From positions 71,156-135,155 of the forward strand of contig CAZRBB010000004.1 in assembly GCA_964598205.1 (NCBI GenBank): DNA of 64,000 nucleotides. Direction: 5' to 3'. The notes under the pieces were generated by a model, which was given only the letters and a program-made list of their open reading frames with translations, was not told where the DNA came from and ran no database searches. The translations under genes were made by a program, and so were the position numbers. Shown piece after piece: positions 19,932-29,714 of the stretch (position 1 is its first letter; the number at the start of each line of letters is the position of its first letter). This DNA comes from an uncultured Candidatus Saccharibacteria bacterium (GTDB taxonomy: Bacteria; Patescibacteriota; Minisyncoccia; CAIUEV01; JAHKAQ01).

Positions 19932-20317
19932 GTTTGTTAAAATAAAGAGTGAAATAATTTTTTATTTCTGGTCGGTAATTGGTTCTTTTTTTTGATTTTT
20001 TGGTTTGGTTTTTAAAGATAGTCGCTATTTTTTGGAGGCCAACCACGGTCAAAAGTTTTTAAAAATCCTGCCAATCGCCGTAATTCAAAACGGTTTCTGT
20101 GATTGATTCAACAGACAAAACGGAAGGGTCTTTAACTGACCAAAAAAGCATTTTTCTTTGGACAGCAAATTGTTTCAGCTCTTTATCCATGATAGAATAA
20201 TAGCATATTTGGTTGGAAAAATCATTGGTTTGTGATTAAAGTTTTGTTTTTAATATCTTCTTAAATTATTTTGGTAATATTAAGTTAAGATTTTTGGTGA
20301 GGAGATGATAAAAATCA

Positions 20318-20767
20318 ATGTATCGCAATTATGTAAAAAGAGCGGTTAAGAATTTTACCGATTTAGATGTTTACCAAAAGCTTTTGGAAGGAAGTGTTTT
20401 TGTGGCAAAAGTGGTGGTGCCGGCTTTTTGGGAAAAACAAACGGAGACAAAAAAAGACAAAACGGCGGAGCTGATTATAGAAAAGCTAACAGTGCATACT
20501 CTTTATCTTCCAGAGCTGATTGCCAAGGCTCATTCTGTTCGTTTTGGAGCGGGGGAGCAATGTTTGGCATTTTTAGAAGAAGCAATGCTTGGCTGTAATT
20601 TAGCGGTGGTCTATTTGGAACAAACGCGGGATATTTGCGAAACTGGGTTAGAAACCGAACAATTTTCCGAACAGATTAAAAAATATTTTCAGGTAAGACA
20701 AAAAGTGTTAAACTTGCAAAGAGTTTGGAAGAAATTTATAGAAATCAAAAAACAAGAACAAAACTAA
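20318..20767 (+). CDS. Four-helix-bundle protein (TIGR02436 / 23S-rRNA-IVS-protein-like; Avd-like fold)
   Basis: 149 aa, all-helical. N-terminal FTDLDVYQK...resembles the F.DL.VWQKA signature of this family. Stop lies 4 nt before the IntC gene start. Confidence 0.4.
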   Translation: MYRNYVKRAVKNFTDLDVYQKLLEGSVFVAKVVVPAFWEKQTETKKDKTAELIIEKLTVHTLYLPELIAKAHSVRFGAGEQCLAFLEEAMLGCNLAVVYLEQTRDICETGLETEQFSEQIKKYFQVRQKVLNLQRVWKKFIEIKKQEQN

Positions 20768-20771
20768 AATT

Positions 20772-21059
20772 ATGTTTGGTTTTTTAAAGAAAGTTGCTAA
20801 AAAATGGCTCAAGGTTTCCCAGTTAAAAGTGGGAGCAAAAATTGCTGTGCCCAGAGCAGCGGCAATGGCTGGTTATGGTGGACTGGTTGCTAATGATTCC
20901 TTACTAGAAGAAGGCGAAGGGGATTATATGTGGGACGAAATTACCGAAATTAAAAAAGTTGGTCGAGAAAGAGTTTACGACATTGAAGTAGACGGAACGC
21001 ATAATTTTATTGCGGGGAATATTAATAATAAATTATTCGGCGGAATTTTTGCTCACAAC
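20772..21059 (+). other. IntC (C-terminal intein half; 96 aa from the first ATG, 44 aa if translation starts at 20928)
   Basis: Terminal His-Asn (AHN) followed by +1 Thr. Block F VYDIEVDGTHNFIA. Confidence 0.75.
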
Positions 21060-22670
21060 ACCTATGTCACCGGCAACGTCGGCATCGGGACGACGACACC
21101 GACCTACCGTCTTCAACTCCCCAATGTAGGCGATGCTACCGGGCAGGGCCAAGCCAATGCTTGGGTAGCATATTCAGATAGAAGTTTAAAAGAAGAGGTT
21201 GATCCAATCACTAATGCTCTAAACAATGTTCTTCTCTTACAAGGAGTAGACTTTACTTGGAAGGGTCAAGGAATTAGAAGCTCTGGCTTTATTGCTCAAG
21301 ATGTAGAAGAGGTTATTCCTAGTCTAGTATCCACAGACATTAACGGAATTAAGTCTTTAGACTATGGAAGATTTACTCCTTACCTAGTAGAAGCAATCAA
21401 AACCCAACAACTAAACATTACTACTAACACGAGCCGTCTTGATCTCCTAGATCAAAAGATAATGGAAGAGGCGAGTGGTTCTTTAATCCTTAATGCTACT
21501 GGCAATAGTATCCAAGCCAAAGATCTCTTAGACGCTACCTTACAAGGTGTAGCTACTAAAGTTAAATCCGGCACTATTTCCGACACTGACTTTATTTTAC
21601 CGATCAATGGTTTAATGGCAGTAGACTCAGCTAATGGAAGGGTCTATTTCCGTTACGACAATGATTGGCATTATGTTAATCAAACAGGAGGCTTTCAGAT
21701 TCCTAATTACGAAACCGCTCCGTACGAAAAGCTATCTCAAAACTCTAAGATTAAAGAAAATGAAGCTCTTCCTTTTGAATCAAGTAACTATCCTCACTAC
21801 ATAACAGAAAAGTTAACTCCCGGAGAGCTTCTGATTCCTTTTGTAGATGAATACCTTCCAGACGGAGCTGTCCATGGTCTGTATGCTAGATTCGAAGATG
21901 TTAAAGAAAAAATGTTTACTCAAGAAAAGAGCCAGTTAGTAGATCTAGCCCTTAAAACCGCAGAGAACATAGAAACTATTAAAGAGTTTAAAGAATCAGT
22001 AGATAAAAACCTAGCCGTAATTTCTTCTAACTTTGAATCATTAGATAACAACATTGACCGAAACGAAAAGAATGTTGAAAGCTTAGAAACCAGAACAGAA
22101 GCTACAGAAGCTAAAAATAATGATCTATCTTCCCGAGTTTCTGTCTTAGAGTTTTCTCTTTCTGAATCCCAACTAGCCGGAGAGCGCTTAGAGTTCCTTA
22201 CCCAAATCTTAAACCCAGCTGAAGACGGAAGCCTGACTATTTACAATGATCTGAATTTAGAAGGCAGATTGAGCGCCGAGGAAGTGGTGCTTAACAAGAT
22301 CACTATTAAGACCGATTCCGAAGAAACCCGCACGGTAGGGCAGGCGGTGATTGTTGGATTAGCTAAAGATGAAGATGCTGATGGCAAAGACGACAACACC
22401 GGAGCCGATGGTAAGAGCGTGATTATAAAAACCAGAATGGTTACGGAAAGTTCCAAGATTTTTTTAACCTTTGAAAACAATCCTCAATCATTGTATTGGG
22501 CAGAAAAAGTAACCAATGAATCTGGTGCTCTTATTGGTTTTAAGATTCTTCTAAACAGTCCGGCGTCGGCGGATATTAAAGTTTCTTGGTGGATTCTAGA
22601 AGAAGACGATCCGGCCAAGCAAACAACAAGCACTCCGGTCATTCCTTCTTCCCAATCAGAAGCACTTTAA
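20772..22670 (+). CDS. Split-intein C-terminal fragment (IntC) fused to C-extein: final GNVGIGTT repeat, peptidase-S74 intramolecular chaperone domain, coiled coil and C-terminal beta domain
   Basis: Blocks F/G: ERVYDIEVDGTHNFIAGN ... GIFAHN | T. The C-extein starts TYVTGNVGIGTTTP using the same 23-mer as the giant gene. SDRSLKEEV...GFIAQDVEEVIPSLV...LDYGRFTPYLVEAIKTQQ matches the S74 (CIMCD) consensus. Internal starts at M32 and M53 (20928) would give an IntC of 44 aa. Confidence 0.8.
   Translation: MFGFLKKVAKKWLKVSQLKVGAKIAVPRAAAMAGYGGLVANDSLLEEGEGDYMWDEITEIKKVGRERVYDIEVDGTHNFIAGNINNKLFGGIFAHNTYVTGNVGIGTTTPTYRLQLPNVGDATGQGQANAWVAYSDRSLKEEVDPITNALNNVLLLQGVDFTWKGQGIRSSGFIAQDVEEVIPSLVSTDINGIKSLDYGRFTPYLVEAIKTQQLNITTNTSRLDLLDQKIMEEASGSLILNATGNSIQAKDLLDATLQGVATKVKSGTISDTDFILPINGLMAVDSANGRVYFRYDNDWHYVNQTGGFQIPNYETAPYEKLSQNSKIKENEALPFESSNYPHYITEKLTPGELLIPFVDEYLPDGAVHGLYARFEDVKEKMFTQEKSQLVDLALKTAENIETIKEFKESVDKNLAVISSNFESLDNNIDRNEKNVESLETRTEATEAKNNDLSSRVSVLEFSLSESQLAGERLEFLTQILNPAEDGSLTIYNDLNLEGRLSAEEVVLNKITIKTDSEETRTVGQAVIVGLAKDEDADGKDDNTGADGKSVIIKTRMVTESSKIFLTFENNPQSLYWAEKVTNESGALIGFKILLNSPASADIKVSWWILEEDDPAKQTTSTPVIPSSQSEAL
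21174..21420 (+). other. Peptidase S74 / C-terminal intramolecular chaperone autoproteolytic domain
   Basis: YSDRSLKEEVDPITNALNNVLLLQGVDFTWK...SGFIAQDVEEVIPSLVSTDINGIKSLDYGRFTPYLVEAIKTQQLN. The Ser-Lys dyad motif SD(R/K)xLK is conserved. Confidence 0.8.
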
Positions 22671-22835
22671 TTAATTCCGAATTTTGAAATTACGAATAAA
22701 GATTTTTCTTCTTGGTCTTCCTTAAAACCAATGCAATACTTCTTTTTTGATTCTTGTCTGTAAATTGTCAATTAAATATTTGTGTGTTTAGATAATTAAG
22801 AATCGATTAATTTTAAATTAAATAAATCTAAAATC

Positions 22836-23303
22836 ATGGAAAGAACTTTGGTCATTATTAAACCAGATGCGCTTCAAAGAAATTTGATTGGGGAAATAAT
22901 TTCTCGTTTTGAAAGAAAGGGATTAAAAATTATTGGCATGAAGATGATGTCGGTAGATAATGTTAAGCTAGATGAACATTATGGCAAGTATTCTGACAAG
23001 CCATTCTTTGTTCATCTTAAAAAATTTATGCAGAGTTCGCCAGTAGTGGCAATGGTTTGGGAAGGTGTGGAGGCCGTTTCAGCGGTGCGCTTAATTGCTG
23101 GATCCACCAAAGGAAGAGAGGCAGATGCTGGCACAATCCGAGGCGATCTTTCTATGAGTCTACAAACCAATGTGATTCATGTTTCCGATCCCAAAGAAGA
23201 TCCAGAAGCGGAAATTAAGAGATTTTTTGGGGACGACGAACTTTTTGATTATGAAAAGATAGACATGTTTTATCTTTATTCTCCAGACGAATTAGAAAGC
23301 TAA
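22836..23303 (+). CDS. ndk: Nucleoside diphosphate kinase
   Basis: ERTLVIIKPDALQRNLIGEIISRFERKGLKIIGMK; NDK fold signature. Confidence 0.9.
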   Translation: MERTLVIIKPDALQRNLIGEIISRFERKGLKIIGMKMMSVDNVKLDEHYGKYSDKPFFVHLKKFMQSSPVVAMVWEGVEAVSAVRLIAGSTKGREADAGTIRGDLSMSLQTNVIHVSDPKEDPEAEIKRFFGDDELFDYEKIDMFYLYSPDELES

Positions 23304-23427
23304 GTTGACACAACGGTTTTCCTTTGCTAATTTTCTTTCATTGGAAGGACTTTTGCGTACGGAAAAGCCCTACTTTATTGGAAGGACCTTTGTTCCCTCG
23401 TTGTTTATTTGATTCATAAATTAGCCA

Positions 23428-23859
23428 ATGCCCACCATTAATCAACTAGTTAGGAAAGGACGCCAAGATAAAATTAGGAAGTCAAAATCGCCTGCCTTGC
23501 AGCGCTTTTTTAATACATTAAACAATAGGCCGGTAAAGTATAAAAAGGGTAGCCCGTTTAAAAGAGGTGTCTGTGTTAAGGTTTCTACTACTACTCCTAA
23601 AAAACCAAACTCTGCTTTACGAAAAATTGCCAGAGTACGGTTGACTAATCAAATGGAAGTCACGGCTTACATTCCGGGTATTGGCCACAACCTTCAAGAA
23701 CACTCCATTGTAATGATTCGCGGTGGTCGGGTAAAAGATTTACCCGGTGTTCGGTACCATATTGTGCGGGGCGTCCTAGACTCTGAAGGCGTTCATGACC
23801 GCAAACAAGGTCGCAGTCGTTACGGTGCCAAGCGGCCTAAAAAAGAGAATAAAGATTAA
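23428..23859 (+). CDS. rpsL: 30S ribosomal protein S12
   Basis: [12 protein letters not shown]...; conserved S12 sequence. Confidence 0.95.
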   Translation: MPTINQLVRKGRQDKIRKSKSPALQRFFNTLNNRPVKYKKGSPFKRGVCVKVSTTTPKKPNSALRKIARVRLTNQMEVTAYIPGIGHNLQEHSIVMIRGGRVKDLPGVRYHIVRGVLDSEGVHDRKQGRSRYGAKRPKKENKD

Positions 23860-23885
23860 TAATTTAGTTTAGTCATTACTTTAAT

Positions 23886-24332
23886 ATGGAAAAGCAATAC
23901 ACTCCCGATCCCAAGTTTCATAATGTGCTAGTTGGTCGCTTGATTGGTCAATTAATGAAGCGAGGTAAAAAAATTAAAGCCGAAAAAATTATTTACGATT
24001 GTTTTGATTTAATAAAAGAAAAATCCAAACAAGATCCAATAGATGTTCTAGACGAAGCGATTCGTAACATTGCTCCTTCTCTAGAAGTAAAAGCCAAGCG
24101 GGTGGGTGGCGCTAACTATCAAGTGCCAGTTCCGGTAATTGGAGAAAGACGAATTACTTTAGCTTTGCGTTGGTTGCTTTTGGCAGTAAGAAACAAAAAA
24201 GGAAAATCTACCGCTCAAAAACTGACCGCCGAAATCCTAGACGCGGCTCATCGCCAAGGAGCGGCTGTTAAAAAAAGAGAAGACGTTCACCGAATGGCAG
24301 AATCAAACAAAGCCTTTGCGCATTTTGCCTAA
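23886..24332 (+). CDS. rpsG: 30S ribosomal protein S7
   Basis: Conserved S7 sequence. Position between rpsL and fusA. Confidence 0.9.
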   Translation: MEKQYTPDPKFHNVLVGRLIGQLMKRGKKIKAEKIIYDCFDLIKEKSKQDPIDVLDEAIRNIAPSLEVKAKRVGGANYQVPVPVIGERRITLALRWLLLAVRNKKGKSTAQKLTAEILDAAHRQGAAVKKREDVHRMAESNKAFAHFA

Positions 24333-24423
24333 ACCAAAAGACTATCATCTTTTTAATTTTTAATTTCGGATTTTGAATTTTGATTAAAATTGGAATTTAT
24401 AATTTAAAAAGATTTTCTATTTT

Positions 24424-24563
24424 CCATAAGCCAATGTTTTTTGAGGAGGCTCCTTGGTCCCGCCCACTAAACTTCAAGCTTTTTAGGTAAAGTAGAACAG
24501 GAACAAGGTGGAGCGAGGCCCGGTCGAGGACGAGCGTACTCCAAAAAAGACATTGGCTTATGG
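24424..24563 (+). repeat. Hairpin (MITE-like) repeat element, copy C, in the rpsG-fusA intergenic region
   Basis: Same conserved core as copies A and B. Copy-specific inverted flanks ccataagccaatg / cattggcttatgg. The inverted symmetry continues outward to about 24360-24640 (gaattttgattaaaatt / aattttaatcaaaattc). Confidence 0.75.
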
Positions 24564-24642
24564 AAAAAAATTCAAAGCCACTCAATTTAAAATTCAAATT
24601 TTAATCAAAATTCAAAACTATTAATTCATAATTAAACAAGAA

Positions 24643-26787
24643 ATGCCTCGGGAATATCCGCTTCTAAAAACTAGAAACATTGGGATCATTGCCCATATCG
24701 ACGCCGGTAAAACAACAACTACGGAGCGTATTTTATTTTACACTGGAATTTCTCACAAAATTGGAGAAGTGCACGAAGGTGCAGCAATTATGGACTGGAT
24801 GGAGCAAGAGCGGGAGCGGGGGATTACCATTACTTCGGCGGCAACTACTTGTTTTTGGTCGCCTTCTGTTTTTAACGAAGAAGGCGTAATGCAGTCTGGT
24901 AAAAAAGATTATCGAATAAATATTATAGATACTCCTGGCCATGTTGATTTCACCGTGGAAGTAGAACGGTCACTGCGGGTATTAGATGGTGGCGTAGTGG
25001 TTTTTGACGGCAAAATGGGAGTAGAGCCTCAATCGGAAACGGTTTGGCGCCAAGCAGACAAATATAAGGTTCCTCGGATTTGTTTTGTGAACAAAATAAA
25101 TCAAACTGGTGGCGATTTTTACATGAGCTTTCAATCGATTAAGGATCGGCTAAGTCCTAAGGCGGTAGCGATTACTTTGCCAATTGGCGAAGAACAGGAA
25201 ATACAAGGATTGGTAGATCTAATAGAAATGAAGGCGTTTGTTTATGCTAACAAAGACCACACCGAATTAAAAAGAACAGAAATTCCCCAAGATATGCTAG
25301 AAAAGGCTAAAGAGTATCGGGCTGTGCTAATAGAAAAGGTAGCCGAAACAGACGACAAGCTTTTGGAAATATTTTTAGAAGACGGAATTATTTCCAAACA
25401 AGAATTAAAATATGCACTACGCAAGGCAACACTAGATAGCAAGATTTTTCCAGTAACTGGTGGCGATGGTCGTTCAGTAATGGTCACTAAAGTTTTGGAT
25501 TTCGTAATTGATTTTTTACCCAGCCCGTTAGATATTCTACCAGTAGAAGGAATTGATCCTAAGACTGAAGATAAAATTATTCGCGAAGCCGATGAATCCA
25601 AGAGCTTTGCTTCTTTGGCTTTTAAAATTGCCACTGATCCTTTTGTGGGATCGTTGTGTTTTTTCCGAGTCTATTCTGGAACCTTAAAAGTAGGGACTTA
25701 TGTTTACAATTCTACCAAAGACGAAAAAGAGCGGATTGGTCGGATTGTGCGGATGCACGCTAACAAAAGAGAAGAAGTGGAAGAAGTTTTTGCTGGCGAC
25801 ATTGCGGCCATGATCGGCTTAAAATACACTACTACTGGAGACACGCTTTGCTCCATAGAAGATCCAATAATTTTAGAAAAGATTTCTTTCCCAGAACCAG
25901 TAATTTCCGTGGCAGTAGAACCCAAGACTAAAGCTGATCAAGAAAAAATGGGCATGGCTCTAAAAAAGTTAGCCGAAGAAGATCCTACTTTTAGAGTACA
26001 TACCGACGACGAAACCTTGGAAACAATTATTTCTGGAATGGGAGAATTACATTTGGAAATTTTGGTGGATCGAATGAAACGAGAATTTAAAGTAGAAGCG
26101 AATACTGGTAAACCTAGGGTGGCTTATCGGGAAACAATCGGCAATGAAAGCGAAGCCGAAGAAAAATATATTCGGCAGACTGGTGGTCGTGGTCAGTACG
26201 GCCATGTGGTGTTAAAGGTGGAACCGCAAGAGCCAGGCAAGGGTTATGAATTTGTAGACGCTATTAAAGGCGCCAGAATTCCTAATGAATATATTCCAGC
26301 AGTGGCCAAGGGTATTAAAGAGGCGCTAGAAGGCGGTGTCTTGGCTGGTTATCCAATTGTAGATTTAAAAGTTACTCTTTTAGATGGTTCGTATCATGAA
26401 GTAGACTCTTCGGAAGCGTCCTTTAAGATTGCCGGTTCCAAGGGATTCAAAAAAGCTTTTCGAGCGGGTAGTCCATATTTACTAGAACCGGTAATGAAGG
26501 TAGAAGTGGTGACTCCAGAAAAATTTATGGGAGATGTAGTGGGAGATATTAATTCTCGAAGAGGAGTAATAGAAAATATGGAAGATCGGGGCGAAGGTTC
26601 GGCGGCAGTCAAAATTATTTCTTCTAAAGTTCCCTTGGCAACAATGTTTGGTTACGCTACTTCCCTGCGGTCTTTGAGTCAGGGGCGAGCCAACTATTCT
26701 ATGGAATTCAATCACTACGAAAGAGTTCCCAATAATGTGGCTCAAGAAATTATGGGCACCAGTGCGCCCGTTAAAGAGGAAGAATAA
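24643..26787 (+). CDS. fusA: Elongation factor G
   Basis: [19 protein letters not shown]...; full-length EF-G. Confidence 0.95.
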   Translation: MPREYPLLKTRNIGIIAHIDAGKTTTTERILFYTGISHKIGEVHEGAAIMDWMEQERERGITITSAATTCFWSPSVFNEEGVMQSGKKDYRINIIDTPGHVDFTVEVERSLRVLDGGVVVFDGKMGVEPQSETVWRQADKYKVPRICFVNKINQTGGDFYMSFQSIKDRLSPKAVAITLPIGEEQEIQGLVDLIEMKAFVYANKDHTELKRTEIPQDMLEKAKEYRAVLIEKVAETDDKLLEIFLEDGIISKQELKYALRKATLDSKIFPVTGGDGRSVMVTKVLDFVIDFLPSPLDILPVEGIDPKTEDKIIREADESKSFASLAFKIATDPFVGSLCFFRVYSGTLKVGTYVYNSTKDEKERIGRIVRMHANKREEVEEVFAGDIAAMIGLKYTTTGDTLCSIEDPIILEKISFPEPVISVAVEPKTKADQEKMGMALKKLAEEDPTFRVHTDDETLETIISGMGELHLEILVDRMKREFKVEANTGKPRVAYRETIGNESEAEEKYIRQTGGRGQYGHVVLKVEPQEPGKGYEFVDAIKGARIPNEYIPAVAKGIKEALEGGVLAGYPIVDLKVTLLDGSYHEVDSSEASFKIAGSKGFKKAFRAGSPYLLEPVMKVEVVTPEKFMGDVVGDINSRRGVIENMEDRGEGSAAVKIISSKVPLATMFGYATSLRSLSQGRANYSMEFNHYERVPNNVAQEIMGTSAPVKEEE

Positions 26788-26797
26788 TTTTTCCCCA

Positions 26798-27361
26798 ATG
26801 AATCCTTTTACCGTTTTGGCCAAGTATTATGATCCGTGTTCCCTAGAGTATCAAACACTGGTGGTTCATTCGGTTTTAGTGGCGCAAAAAGCACTTTTAA
26901 TAGCCAAAAGATTAAAAGAAGACGAAATTGCAGATGTGGATTGCAATTTTATTTACGAAGCGGCCATGTTGCACGACATTGGTTTTAAATTCCCGGTTGG
27001 TGCTAAAAACAGGGAAGAGCTGAGCACTTGTTATGTTGCTCACGGTTATTACGGTGCGGAAATTTTGCGAAAGGAAAAATTACCGCTTTATGCCAGGGTA
27101 GCCGAAAGGCATGTAGGAATGGGGATCTTGGCGAAAGATATTAAAGAGAATAATTGGCCAATTCCCGAGGCGGATTACAAGCCCCAAACCGTAGAAGAAA
27201 AGATTATTTCTTTTGCCGATTTGTTCTTTTCTAAAAAACCAGAAGCTCTTTTTAAAGAAGGAACCCCGGAACAAATAGAGCAAGAAATCTCTACTTATTC
27301 TTTAAGGAAAGAGAAGTTAGCGCTTTTTCGTGCTTGGCAAAAAGAATTTTCTTTTCTTTAG
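26798..27361 (+). CDS. HD-domain phosphohydrolase
   Basis: H...HD...D motif region (VVHSVLVAQ..., AAMLHDIGF, RHVGMG). The ORF-track start at 26735 overlaps fusA; the internal ATG at 26798 is the likely start. Confidence 0.6.
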   Translation: MNPFTVLAKYYDPCSLEYQTLVVHSVLVAQKALLIAKRLKEDEIADVDCNFIYEAAMLHDIGFKFPVGAKNREELSTCYVAHGYYGAEILRKEKLPLYARVAERHVGMGILAKDIKENNWPIPEADYKPQTVEEKIISFADLFFSKKPEALFKEGTPEQIEQEISTYSLRKEKLALFRAWQKEFSFL

Positions 27362-27524
27362 CTCTTGACTTATCTTTAAATATAAGTTAATTATTTTAGT
27401 TATAGCTAGCTTTTGCTGGTTGACTTTTTTTTATAAATATTTTAATAAATCAAAATTAATCAAGACCAATTGGCTGAAACCCAAGCTCTAAATTTGGGGT
27501 TGGTCTTAGGGGGAAATCAAAAAA

Positions 27525-28718
27525 ATGGCAGAGAAATTTGACCGCAGTAAACCTCATGTCAATGTGGGGACAATTGGGCACGTAGATCACGGTAAAACAA
27601 CCTTGACTGCCGCTATTTTGCACAGTCTTAAACTGGCTGGTAAAAAAGCGAGTGACAAGGGTGTAGATCAAATCGATTCCGCTCCAGAAGAAAAAGAAAG
27701 AGGAATTACGATCGCTACTGCGCATGTGGAATACGAATCCGACGCTCGGCACTACGCTCATGTGGACTGCCCAGGGCATGCCGATTACATTAAGAATATG
27801 ATTACTGGCGCCGCGCAAATGGACGGAGCCATTTTGGTAGTTTCCGCTGCAGACGGTCCAATGCCACAAACCAGAGAGCACATTCTTTTGGCTCGCCAAG
27901 TAGGTGTTCCGGCGATTGTGGTTTTTTTGAACAAAATAGATCAGGTAGATGATCCAGAATTAATTGATCTAGTAGAAACAGAAGTTCGCGAGCTTTTAAC
28001 CAAATACGAATTCGACGGCGACAACATTACCATTGTTAAAGGTTCAGCCTTAAAAGCTTTGGAATCAACCAACAAGGACGATGAAAGCGTAAAAGCGGTT
28101 CTAAGTTTAGTAGATGCGTTAGACGCCAAAATTCCTCAACCGGAAAGAGAAGTAGATAAGCCTTTTATGATGCCTATTGAAGATGTCTTCTCCATAGAAG
28201 GAAGAGGCACCGTGGTTACTGGTAGAATAGAAAGAGGAGAAGTTAAGGTTGGAGAAGAAGTAGAATTGGTAGGTCTAAAAGACACAATGAAAACCGTGGT
28301 AACCGGAATCGAAATGTTCAATAAGGAATTAGATAAAGGCCAAGCTGGAGACAACGCTGGAGTGCTTTTGCGAAGCATTAAGAAAGAAGATGTAGAAAGA
28401 GGCCAAGTACTAGCCAAGGTTGGATCAATCAATCCACATAGTGAATTCGAAGCTGAGGTTTATATTTTAACCAAAGAAGAAGGCGGACGGCACACTCCTT
28501 TTTTCACCGGTTACAAACCTCAATTCTATATTCGAACTACAGATGTTACCGGAGATGTTGTACTACCAGAAGGAACAGAAATGGTAATGCCTGGAGACAC
28601 AATCAGTATTGTAGTGAAATTGGTTAACAAGGTAGCAATGGAATCAGGAATGCGATTTGCAATCAGAGAAGGTGGTAAAACGGTTGGAGCAGGAGTAGTG
28701 ACAAAGATTATCAAGTAG
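27525..28718 (+). CDS. tuf: Elongation factor Tu
   Basis: [14 protein letters not shown]...; full-length EF-Tu. Confidence 0.95.
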   Translation: MAEKFDRSKPHVNVGTIGHVDHGKTTLTAAILHSLKLAGKKASDKGVDQIDSAPEEKERGITIATAHVEYESDARHYAHVDCPGHADYIKNMITGAAQMDGAILVVSAADGPMPQTREHILLARQVGVPAIVVFLNKIDQVDDPELIDLVETEVRELLTKYEFDGDNITIVKGSALKALESTNKDDESVKAVLSLVDALDAKIPQPEREVDKPFMMPIEDVFSIEGRGTVVTGRIERGEVKVGEEVELVGLKDTMKTVVTGIEMFNKELDKGQAGDNAGVLLRSIKKEDVERGQVLAKVGSINPHSEFEAEVYILTKEEGGRHTPFFTGYKPQFYIRTTDVTGDVVLPEGTEMVMPGDTISIVVKLVNKVAMESGMRFAIREGGKTVGAGVVTKIIK

Positions 28719-28728
28719 AACTAAAGAA

Positions 28729-28765
28729 GGAGAGTCTTGTTTAGGCAAGGCTCTCCTGGTTTTTA
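28729..28765 (+). terminator. Hairpin plus T-tract after tuf (putative terminator/attenuator)
   Basis: ggagagtcttg-tttagg-caaggctctcc followed by tggttttt. Confidence 0.45.
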
Positions 28766-28784
28766 AAACAGTGTTAATTAAAAT

Positions 28785-29123
28785 TTGATGTCCAAGAAGA
28801 AAGCACCAGAAACCGAGGAAAAATCCAGAATCAGAATCAAGATCAAGGCTTTTGATCATCGAGTGATCGATCAATCAGCAAGACAGATTATGAATGCGGC
28901 GGAAAGAACCGGTGCTAAAGTAATCGGTCCGGTGCCGCTTCCAACTTCGGTAAGTAAGTTTACTATTAATCGCTCTACTTTTGTTCACAAGGATGCTCGG
29001 GATCAATACGAAATGCGAACACATAAGCGATTGCTAGACATAGAAGACTTTAATCCGCAAACAATTGATTCTCTGATTAATCTTGATTTACCGGCGGGAG
29101 TCAATGTGGAGATAAAAATGTAA
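28785..29123 (+). CDS. rpsJ: 30S ribosomal protein S10
   Basis: [40 protein letters not shown]. Confidence 0.95.
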   Translation: MMSKKKAPETEEKSRIRIKIKAFDHRVIDQSARQIMNAAERTGAKVIGPVPLPTSVSKFTINRSTFVHKDARDQYEMRTHKRLLDIEDFNPQTIDSLINLDLPAGVNVEIKM

Positions 29124-29156
29124 GCTGTCTATTTTTTTTGTTTTATTTTTACCAAG

Positions 29157-29700
<544 letters not shown>

Positions 29701-29714
<14 letters not shown>

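Noticed and set aside
23304-23427. Duplicated attggaaggac motif and a TTGACA box upstream of rpsL as a candidate leader or regulatory RNA
   Set aside because: No stable structure is discernible by eye. It is probably just the str-operon promoter/leader.
24680-25634. Short ORFs on both strands within fusA (24680-24889, 24733-24942, 25242-25634)
   Set aside because: Embedded in a highly conserved full-length EF-G gene.
26735-26797. Upstream extension of the HD-domain ORF overlapping the end of fusA
   Set aside because: It would overlap fusA by 53 nt. The internal ATG at 26798 gives a compact gene starting just after the fusA stop.
28729-28756. Possible fourth instance of the conserved palindromic core (caaggctct) in the tuf terminator
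   Set aside because: Only 9 nt are shared. Chance similarity in a short GC-containing hairpin is likely.
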